DNA from: Candidatus Pacearchaeota archaeon
Lineage (GTDB): Archaea > Nanobdellota > Nanobdellia > Pacearchaeales > GW2011-AR1
Direction of reading: 5' to 3'
DNA length: 64,000 nt
Assembly: GCA_018304025.1 (NCBI GenBank)
Contig: JAGVXA010000001.1
Coordinates: 2,431 to 66,430, forward strand
Below the pieces are notes generated by a model. That model searched no databases and was not told the origin of the DNA. It saw only the letters and a program-made list of their open reading frames with translations. The position numbers were made by a program, and so were the translations under genes. Position 1 is the stretch's first letter; each line of letters begins with the position of its first letter. Positions 54,954 to 62,265 of this stretch are shown piece by piece.

Positions 54954-55102
54954 TTTATATTTTGCGGTTTGGAGGGATTTATTTTTTGAGGGATTGAATT
55001 TGGTTGGGGGTTTTGTTTTTTGGGGAGGGGGTTTGGGGTTGGGGGATTTATTTTTAGGAGCGGGTTGGGGGTTTTGTTTTTTGGGGGAGGGAGTTTGGAT
55101 TG
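54954..55102 (+). repeat. G-tract repeat unit II with an internal 61-nt-period duplication and a G-quadruplex-grade core
   Basis: Starts TTTATATTTTGCGGTTT and ends GGGAGTTTGGATTG. GGTTGGGGGTTTTGTTTTTTGGGG occurs at 55002 and 55063. Core 55022-55045 is GGGG-A-GGGGG-TTT-GGGG-TT-GGGGG. Confidence 0.75.
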
Positions 55103-55164
55103 AAAAAACACAGATTATTCTTTTAACCAAAAGCATTAAATAGCAGTGTGCACAATGTATACAC

Positions 55165-55875
55165 ATGCAAAAACAAGAACAAATAACGCGAAAAGTGAAA
55201 CGGGCTGGAAACGGTGCACACGTGTTTGTGCCGAAGGGGTGGGCGGGCGAAGAAGTTACTCTTATTAGACAGCCGCTTCCACCTGTAGAGGAAAGAATAC
55301 TTAATGTGCTGAAACATTATCTGGAAGGAATAGTTGGAATTTATTTGTACGGCTCTTATGCAAGAGGTGAAGCAGTAAAGGGTTCAGACGTAGATATTTT
55401 AGTTATTACAAATAAAAAGATAAATATAAAAGAAGATAATTATGAAATTGTCTGCTTGACTGAAGACGAAATTGAGAAAGCGATAAAAATTTCTCCGGTT
55501 CTGATTTATTCTGCTATGAAAGAGGCGAGATCTATTGTGAATTCAAAACTTTTGGAAGAGCTGAGAAAAAAGCATCCTATCAATGAGAAATATTTCAAAG
55601 ATTATCTAAAAGAAACCAAAAGAATTATTGAAATTAACGAAGATTTGCTTGACAGATATTCTATTGTTTTGAGACTTAGAGGGATTTTTATAATCAAGCA
55701 ACTTTTGAAAGAGAGGGAATATTCACATAGAGAATTCAAGCGGTGGATTTCTAAGAATTCGGAAGTTGGAGGAAATGATGTTCTTGACAAAAAGAAAAAA
55801 CTAAGTGAAAAAGAATTGAGATCTCTTCTTTCTTTATTGAAAAAATCTGTTACGGATTTAGAAGGCAAATTATGA
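55165..55875 (+). CDS. AbrB/SpoVT-like (DUF2080-like) N-terminal domain fused to a minimal nucleotidyltransferase (MNT) domain
   Basis: KRAGNGAHVFVPKGWAGEEVTLI (swapped-hairpin-like) followed by IYLYGSYARGEAVKGSDVDILVI (GS...DxD NTase). ATG lies 26 nt below GCATTAAATAGC. Confidence 0.7.
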   Translation: MQKQEQITRKVKRAGNGAHVFVPKGWAGEEVTLIRQPLPPVEERILNVLKHYLEGIVGIYLYGSYARGEAVKGSDVDILVITNKKINIKEDNYEIVCLTEDEIEKAIKISPVLIYSAMKEARSIVNSKLLEELRKKHPINEKYFKDYLKETKRIIEINEDLLDRYSIVLRLRGIFIIKQLLKEREYSHREFKRWISKNSEVGGNDVLDKKKKLSEKELRSLLSLLKKSVTDLEGKL

Positions 55876-56060
55876 AACGTGAAAAGAGGCTTGAGAAAGC
55901 GATTGATTCCTTGGAAGAGCAAAAAAGACTGCACGAAGGAAAAAAGAAAGTTGCTGAAGAGCTGGGGCAGGAGGATTTGGTTAGGTATTATGACAAAGAG
56001 ATTAAGTCTCTTGAGGAGAGAAGGAAGGATAGGGAAGAGAAGTTGAAGAGGAAGGATTAA
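55872..56060 (+). CDS. Small charged coiled-coil protein (62 aa)
   Basis: ATGA-coupled to the NTase gene. K/E/R-rich. Confidence 0.45.
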   Translation: MKREKRLEKAIDSLEEQKRLHEGKKKVAEELGQEDLVRYYDKEIKSLEERRKDREEKLKRKD

Positions 56061-56087
56061 GTGTTATTCTAAAGTGATTACAAATGG

Positions 56088-56102
56088 AAAGGTTTAAATA
56101 AG
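56088..56102 (+). promoter_or_regulatory. TATA-like box (AAAGGTTTAAATAAG) heading the R-M operon
   Basis: Centred 27 nt upstream of ATG 56123. Confidence 0.4.
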
Positions 56103-56122
56103 TGGTAGTGGCTTGTATATAC

Positions 56123-56281
56123 ATGGTGAAAATCCATGAAGTAACGCGCGATAGAAGAAAGAATGTGGTTATGAGTATTCGAACTACACAGGAGATTTCT
56201 GAGTTTATGAAGGAAAAGGATATTTCGCCTAGTTTGGTTTTTCATAAGGCGATTGAGGAACTGATGGAGAAGGAAAAATGA
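56123..56281 (+). CDS. Ribbon-helix-helix (CopG-like) small DNA-binding protein
   Basis: Hand-translated 52 aa: MVKIHEVTRDRRKNVVMSIRTTQEISEFMKEKDISPSLVFHKAIEELMEKEK, which shows a beta-alpha-alpha pattern. Its stop lies 22 nt before hsdM, inside that gene's AGGAGA SD region. Confidence 0.55.
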   Translation: MVKIHEVTRDRRKNVVMSIRTTQEISEFMKEKDISPSLVFHKAIEELMEKEK

Positions 56282-56303
56282 AAGGAGAGAAATTCAATTT
56301 ATC

Positions 56304-58745
56304 ATGGCAATAAAAAAATCTGAATTATACAGTAAACTTTGGAAGAGTTGTGATGAACTTAGAGGGGGAATGGATGCTTCTCAGTATAAGGATTACATTT
56401 TAGTTTTATTGTTCATAAAATATGTTTCAGATAAATCAAAAACTGATAAAGATTTTCTTATTGAAGTTCCTAAGGGCGGAAGTTTTTCGGATATGATTTC
56501 GCTTAAAGGAAAAGCTGAAATTGGAGATGGAATAAATAAAATTATTGCAAAACTTGCAGAAGTAAATGATCTTAAAGGAGTAATAGATGTTGCTGATTTT
56601 AATGATTCTGATAAATTAGGTAAGGGTAGGGACATGATTGATAGGCTTAGTAACTTGGTTGGAATTTTTGAAAATTCAGATTTAGATTTTAGTAAAAATA
56701 AAGCAGAAGGTGATGATATTCTAGGGGATGCGTATGAATATTTAATGAGACATTTTGCAACAGAATCAGGTAAGAGTAAGGGTCAGTTTTATACTCCTTC
56801 TGAAGTTTCAAGAGTAATGGCTAAAGTTATTTCTATTAATCAAGCAAAAAGACAAGATCAGACAGTTTATGATCCAACTTGCGGTTCTGGTTCTCTACTT
56901 CTCAAAGCCGCTGATGAAACTGAACATGGAATTACTATTTACGGCCAAGAAAATGATGTAGCTACAAGAGCTCTTGCAAAGATGAATATGATTTTGCATG
57001 GGCATGAAATGGCTGAAATTTGGAGAGGTAACACAATCTCTGCTCCGTATTTCAAAGAAAAAGATGGGACTATAAAGAAATTTGATTTTGTTGTAGCAAA
57101 TCCACCATTTTCTACTAAATCTTGGAGTAATGGGATAAAGCCTGAAGAAGATGAGTTTGAACGTTTTGATATCAAAGAATGGGGTTCTGTCCCGCCTACA
57201 AAGAATGGAGATTATGCATTCTTATTGCACATGATTAAATCATTGAAGAGTACGGGAAAGGCAGCAGTTATTTTACCTCATGGCGTTTTATTTAGGGGAA
57301 ATGCTGAATCAGATATCAGAACAAACATAATCAAAAGAGGATATATTAAGGGGATTGTTGGACTTCCCGCAAATCTATTTTTTGGAACTGGAATTCCTGC
57401 ATGTATAATTGTTATTGACAAAGAAAATGCCCAAAGTCGTAAAGGTATTTTTATGATAGATGCAAGTAAGGGATTCTATAAGGATGGAAATAAAAATAGA
57501 TTAAGGGCAAGAGATGTTCATAAAATTGTAGATGTTTTTACAAAACAAACAGAGGTTCCTAAATTTTCAAGGAGGGTTCCTATTTCTGAAATTAGTGATT
57601 CAAAAAATGATTATAACTTGAATATTCCTCGTTATATTGATAGTCAAGAAACGGAAGATTTACAAGATATTGATGCGCATTTAAGGGGAGATATTCCTAA
57701 CCGAGATGTTGATGATTTAGAAACTTATTGGAAAGTTTATCCTTCTATCAGGAAGATGCTTTTTAATCCAAGTAAAAGAGAAGGTTATTCCGTATTAAAA
57801 ATAGAACAATCAAATATTAAAAAAACTATATTTGACCATTCTGAATTTATTACTTATTCTAAAAAGATTGAAGAAGCATTTAATGATTGGAAGAAGAGAA
57901 ATTTAAGTATCTTGAAAGGAATTAAGATTGGTTCAAAACCTAAAGAAATTATATTTAATCTGGGCGAGGATTTGCTTAATGACTTCTCAAAGTTAGAACT
58001 TATTGATAGGTATGACATTTACCAGCATTTAATGTTATATTGGGAGGAGATAATGCAGGATGATGCATATATTGTAGCAGTTAATGGATGGATTGCTAAA
58101 CCGGAAAGAATAGTTATTGAAACTGAGAATAAGAAAACAGGTCAAAAGAAAATTACAGATAAGGGTTGGAAATGCGATTTAATTCCTAAGGAGTTAGTTA
58201 TTGACAAATATTTTGTCGCTGATAAAAATAAGATTGAACTATTACAATCTGAACTTGAAAGTGTTCAAAACGAAATGCAAGCGTTGGATGAAGAAAACTC
58301 TGGAGATGAAGATTTATTCACAGATGCAAGGAGCGAAGCAGGGAAAATAAACAAAAAAGATTTAGCCAAGAGGATAAAAGAGATTAAAGAAGAATCTGAT
58401 GATGAGTTTAAAGCATTAGACAAATATCTTAAACTGCTCGAAAATGATAAAGAAATAAAAGATAAAATCTCCTTGCTTGAGATAGAACTTGATAAAAAGG
58501 TTTTGAGTCAATATTCTAAGTTAAGTGAAACTGAAATAAAAACATTAGTTGTAGAAGATAAATGGTTATTGTCTTTGCATAATTCTGTTAAATCTGAAAT
58601 GGAAAGAGTTTCTCAAAAACTTGCAGAAAGAATAAAAGAACTTGGAGATAGATATGATATTTCACTTCCAAAATTAACTTCTGAAGTTGAAGAGCTATCA
58701 AAGAAAGTAGATAAACATCTAGAGAAGATGGGGTTTAAATGGTAA
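56304..58745 (+). CDS. hsdM: Type I restriction-modification methyltransferase subunit M with ~330-aa coiled-coil C-terminal extension
   Basis: HsdM_N-like start (LYSKLWKSCDELRG), motif I DPTCGSGSLL, motif IV VVANPPFS. Residues ~480-813 are heptad-rich. Confidence 0.9.
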   Translation: MAIKKSELYSKLWKSCDELRGGMDASQYKDYILVLLFIKYVSDKSKTDKDFLIEVPKGGSFSDMISLKGKAEIGDGINKIIAKLAEVNDLKGVIDVADFNDSDKLGKGRDMIDRLSNLVGIFENSDLDFSKNKAEGDDILGDAYEYLMRHFATESGKSKGQFYTPSEVSRVMAKVISINQAKRQDQTVYDPTCGSGSLLLKAADETEHGITIYGQENDVATRALAKMNMILHGHEMAEIWRGNTISAPYFKEKDGTIKKFDFVVANPPFSTKSWSNGIKPEEDEFERFDIKEWGSVPPTKNGDYAFLLHMIKSLKSTGKAAVILPHGVLFRGNAESDIRTNIIKRGYIKGIVGLPANLFFGTGIPACIIVIDKENAQSRKGIFMIDASKGFYKDGNKNRLRARDVHKIVDVFTKQTEVPKFSRRVPISEISDSKNDYNLNIPRYIDSQETEDLQDIDAHLRGDIPNRDVDDLETYWKVYPSIRKMLFNPSKREGYSVLKIEQSNIKKTIFDHSEFITYSKKIEEAFNDWKKRNLSILKGIKIGSKPKEIIFNLGEDLLNDFSKLELIDRYDIYQHLMLYWEEIMQDDAYIVAVNGWIAKPERIVIETENKKTGQKKITDKGWKCDLIPKELVIDKYFVADKNKIELLQSELESVQNEMQALDEENSGDEDLFTDARSEAGKINKKDLAKRIKEIKEESDDEFKALDKYLKLLENDKEIKDKISLLEIELDKKVLSQYSKLSETEIKTLVVEDKWLLSLHNSVKSEMERVSQKLAERIKELGDRYDISLPKLTSEVEELSKKVDKHLEKMGFKW

Positions 58746-59557
58746 TACAAACAAATCTTAAAAATCAGAAGCTAGAACTAACTCAGGAATTTAAATTAAT
58801 TTATTCTGGTCCAACTTTCGAATCGGGAATTAAGATAAACTCTTTAATAGAAAATTTAAAGTCAATTCAAGAATTAATACAAAGCATAACAGATGTTAAT
58901 GCTGAAGACAAACAAGGATATAACTCTGCTAAAAACATTAAAGAAATAAAAGTTATACCTAAAAAAGGAAGCATTGAAGAACAAATAGTTGTTTTATTCT
59001 CAAATCCTGAAATAAGGTCTACTGTAACTAATTTATTAGTGGCATTATTCTTTTATTTATTGGGAAGACATGAAGCAAAGAAGAGTCAAGAAGAGTTAGA
59101 AAATAAGATAGACAGAGTTGAGAATCTTATAGTTAAAAATCAACTCAAAAATGTAAAAAAGTTGTATGAACCACTTGAAAACGAGAAAGATACTCTAAAG
59201 ATAGTCGAAAATAATTTAATTAAATTTGAAATTAATTTTACTGAGAAAAAACAGATTGATAAAACTATAAAGAAACTGGAAAAAGAATTAAAAACTGAAG
59301 TAAGTGATGAAGAAATAGAGGGGTATATTTCTGCGATAGATATAGATACAAACAGATTAAAATTCCATGCAAAAGGTCAGGAAAAAGCATACCCTCTGGA
59401 CTTTGATCAACCAATGACGACAGTTACTAAATTAATTGGCAGAGTAATTAAGGCAAAGATGACAATTACAAAATTTAAAGAGAAGATAAGAAGGTTTCAA
59501 TTGAATGATTATAAAGTCATACAAAAAGATTTAGCAGAGTTCATCAAATCAGGATAA
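58739..59557 (+). CDS. Orphan 272-aa protein embedded between hsdM and hsdS
   Basis: 7-nt overlap with hsdM and a 5-nt gap to hsdS. One hydrophobic segment (VTNLLVALFFYLLG), otherwise K/E-rich and helical. No family recognised. Confidence 0.6.
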   Translation: MVIQTNLKNQKLELTQEFKLIYSGPTFESGIKINSLIENLKSIQELIQSITDVNAEDKQGYNSAKNIKEIKVIPKKGSIEEQIVVLFSNPEIRSTVTNLLVALFFYLLGRHEAKKSQEELENKIDRVENLIVKNQLKNVKKLYEPLENEKDTLKIVENNLIKFEINFTEKKQIDKTIKKLEKELKTEVSDEEIEGYISAIDIDTNRLKFHAKGQEKAYPLDFDQPMTTVTKLIGRVIKAKMTITKFKEKIRRFQLNDYKVIQKDLAEFIKSG

Positions 59558-59562
59558 ATAAT

Positions 59563-60840
59563 ATGGCAACAGAATTAATAAAAAAGGGATACAAGCAAAC
59601 TGAAGTAGGAGTTATTCCTAATGATTGGTATGTTCAAAATATTCTAAAAAATTCTACCTTAAAGGCAAGAATTGGCTGGCAAGGTTTAACTACAAAAGAA
59701 TATCTTAAAACTGGAAATTTTTTATTAGTTGGTGGAACCGACTTTAAAGATGGGAAAATTGATTGGGAAAATTGTTTTTATGTAGATGAAAAAAGATATT
59801 CTCAAGATAAAAATATTCAGCTAGAAGAAGGCGACGTATTGGTAACAAAGGATGGTACAATTGGTAAAATTTCTTATGTAGATAATCTAAAACTTCCTAC
59901 TACATTAAATAGTGGAGTATTTGTTATCAGACCAAAACATAAAAATTATATGACTCAATATTTTTTCTATATTTTGACCTCCGATTTTTTTGATAAGTTT
60001 TTAAATAAACTTAAAGCAGGCTCTACAATTTCGCACTTGTATCAAAAGGATTTTTCTAGTTTTGATTTTATTTTACCAAAGTCTTTAGAAGAGCAATCTG
60101 CCATCGCTTCCGTTCTCTCAGATACAGATGCACTCATCGAATCCCTTGACAAACTTATCGTAAAGAAGAAAAACATAAAACAAGGAACAATGCAGAAACT
60201 TCTCTCAGGCAAAAGAAGATTACCTGGATTTAAAGAAGAATGGAATTCAAATAAATTAAATGATCTTATCTTAAATATTACTACCGGGCTAAATCCTAGG
60301 AAAAACTTTACTTTAGGTAAGGGCAATAATTATTATATTACTATTAAAAATTTTAAGAAAGGGAAATTATATTTAGATGATAACTGCGATAAAGTTTCTA
60401 ATGAAGCAATTAATCTAATTAATAAAAGATCTAATTTAGAATCAGGAGATATTTTATTTGCAAGTATTGGAATAGAGCCAAGTACATATCTAATTAAGAA
60501 AACTCCTACTGATTGGAATATTAATGAATCTGTTTTTTCTATTAAACCTAATAAAAATATTATGGATTCTAGATTCTTGCAATACTTGTTAACCGCAGAT
60601 TGGATTTTTTCAAAATTGACAAATGACGCAACTGGAAGTACTTTTCAGAGTATAAAAATTAAACAATTAAAAAATTTAGAATTAACTTACCCTTTATTAG
60701 AAGAACAGCAAAAAATCTCTTTAATCCTATCGGACATGGACTCAGAAATAGAAAGCTTAGAACGAAAGAGAGATAAATACACACTTCTTAAAACTGGAAT
60801 GATGCAAGAACTGCTTACTGGGAGGATTAGATTAAAATGA
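59563..60840 (+). CDS. hsdS: Type I restriction-modification specificity subunit S (two TRDs)
   Basis: 425 aa. Two variable halves, each followed by a conserved helix (EEQSAIASVLSDTDALIESLDKLIVKKKNIKQGTMQKLL and EEQQKISLILSDMDSEIESLERKRDKYTLLKTGMMQELLTG). Confidence 0.9.
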   Translation: MATELIKKGYKQTEVGVIPNDWYVQNILKNSTLKARIGWQGLTTKEYLKTGNFLLVGGTDFKDGKIDWENCFYVDEKRYSQDKNIQLEEGDVLVTKDGTIGKISYVDNLKLPTTLNSGVFVIRPKHKNYMTQYFFYILTSDFFDKFLNKLKAGSTISHLYQKDFSSFDFILPKSLEEQSAIASVLSDTDALIESLDKLIVKKKNIKQGTMQKLLSGKRRLPGFKEEWNSNKLNDLILNITTGLNPRKNFTLGKGNNYYITIKNFKKGKLYLDDNCDKVSNEAINLINKRSNLESGDILFASIGIEPSTYLIKKTPTDWNINESVFSIKPNKNIMDSRFLQYLLTADWIFSKLTNDATGSTFQSIKIKQLKNLELTYPLLEEQQKISLILSDMDSEIESLERKRDKYTLLKTGMMQELLTGRIRLK

Positions 60841-62264
60841 ACAAACAAGAACTGATTGAAAAATTAGAAGATATTGAATGGGAGGATTTTGAAGTAAAAG
60901 AAGCAAAATCAGAAGTTCCGAAAAATAGCTGGGAGACTGTAAGTGCTTTCTCAAACACTGCTGGAGGGTGGATTGTTTTTGGAGTTAAAAAAATGGGGAA
61001 AGAATATGAAATTTTGGGTGTCAAGACTCCTGAAAAGGTTGAACAAGAATTTATAGGGGTTTTGAGAAATGGGGAGAAGTTTAATAAAAAAATAGAAGTC
61101 CAAAGTAAAAAATATAAGTTTAAAGATAAAACTGTACTTGCATTTTATATTCCTCAAAAACACAAACGAGAAAAACCAGTTTATTTTAACAATCAAAAAA
61201 ATACTTTTATTAGAACTGGAAGCGGGGATCAAAGAGCAACACAGGAAGAAATAGATTGTTTTTTTAGAAATGCTTCTTTTGAAGAAAAAGATCAAGAACT
61301 AACTACATTCAAATTAGAAGATTTAGATAGTGATACAATTAAGCAATATAGGAATTTCTTTATTCAAGTTAATCCTGCCCACAGATACAACACTTTAACT
61401 GATAAAGAATTTTTAGAAAAATTAGGAATTATCCAAGAAAATAAAATAACTTTTGCAGGATTATTATTGTTTGGAACCGAGGATAGCATAATTGGGGCTA
61501 TTCCCAATTATAGGATAGAATATTTAGAAATTGCAGGCATTTCCTATGAAGAAGCACCAACCAGATATAACTATCGCTTATCTTCTGAGAAAAATCTATT
61601 TTTAACTTTCTTAGATATGTATGAGCGATTGATAAAACAAATTGAGATACCTTTTTCTGTCAAGCAAGGAGTTAGAGATGACGACCCTCCGCATGTTCAA
61701 GCACTAAGAGAGGCACTAGTTAATTTAATAATAAATACCGACTATTTTAGTAAAACTAATTCTCGAATAAGAGTATTTTCAAATAGATTTGAATTCTTTA
61801 ATCCTGGCGCCTTACCAAAAAAGATTGAATTGATATTAAAAGAAGACTTCTCTCTTCCACGAAATCCAATTATCGCAAAGGCATTTAGATTCTTAAGATT
61901 TTCAGAAAACATTGGTTCTGGTTTTCATAAGATGATTAATGGGTGGGGTAAGCAATATAATTTAAAGCCGATTATAGACGGTGATTTTGATTATTATAAG
62001 ATAACCTTTCCAAAAGACAAAAGTGGTACTACTACTAATACTACCACTTATACTACTACTAATACTACTACTAAAGGAGAAGACAAAGAAAAAGAAATTT
62101 TAAAAATCATAGAAAATAATCCGTCTTTAAGTGTTGAACAAATTTCTAGCATGGTTAATTTAAGTATTGATGGGGTTAGATACCATGTAAAAAATTTAAA
62201 AAAGAATAGAAGAATTAAAAGAAAGGGCCATGGTAAAGGGGGAAGTTGGCAAATAACAAACTAA
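60837..62264 (+). CDS. AlbA_2 (Schlafen-type) DNA-binding domain + HATPase_c_4-like domain + C-terminal wHTH protein
   Basis: N-terminal E..DFEVKEA.....WETVSAFSNTAGGWIVFGV. Middle ALREALVNLIINTDY. C-terminal ILKIIENNPSLSVEQISSMVNLSIDGVRYHVKNL. ATGA overlap with hsdS. Confidence 0.75.
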   Translation: MNKQELIEKLEDIEWEDFEVKEAKSEVPKNSWETVSAFSNTAGGWIVFGVKKMGKEYEILGVKTPEKVEQEFIGVLRNGEKFNKKIEVQSKKYKFKDKTVLAFYIPQKHKREKPVYFNNQKNTFIRTGSGDQRATQEEIDCFFRNASFEEKDQELTTFKLEDLDSDTIKQYRNFFIQVNPAHRYNTLTDKEFLEKLGIIQENKITFAGLLLFGTEDSIIGAIPNYRIEYLEIAGISYEEAPTRYNYRLSSEKNLFLTFLDMYERLIKQIEIPFSVKQGVRDDDPPHVQALREALVNLIINTDYFSKTNSRIRVFSNRFEFFNPGALPKKIELILKEDFSLPRNPIIAKAFRFLRFSENIGSGFHKMINGWGKQYNLKPIIDGDFDYYKITFPKDKSGTTTNTTTYTTTNTTTKGEDKEKEILKIIENNPSLSVEQISSMVNLSIDGVRYHVKNLKKNRRIKRKGHGKGGSWQITN

Positions 62265-62265
62265 G

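Noticed and set aside
54673-55102. The G-tract repeats considered as a degenerate CRISPR array or leader.
   Set aside because: There is no regular repeat-spacer periodicity, the units are only two diverged copies plus one internal duplication, and no cas genes are present in the window.
54604-55166. Minus-strand ORFs 54604-54828 and 54900-55166, which encode Pro/Lys/Asn-rich peptides.
   Set aside because: They are the translation of the C-rich complement of the G-tract repeats. They have no start context and no domain, and I interpret the region as non-coding repeat DNA.
55500-55875. The C-terminal helical region of the NTase fusion considered as a HEPN toxin domain.
   Set aside because: I could not find an R-x(4-6)-H motif. 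Only RKKH and REYSH occur, and their spacing is too short. The HEPN call is therefore unsupported.
62037-62081. The imperfect ACT trinucleotide run (encoding TTTNTTTYTTTNTTT) in the AlbA_2/HATPase gene considered as a phase-variation tract.
   Set aside because: It is interrupted (AAT, ACC, TAT) and in-frame, so slippage would only change linker length. It is more simply a Thr/Asn-rich interdomain linker.
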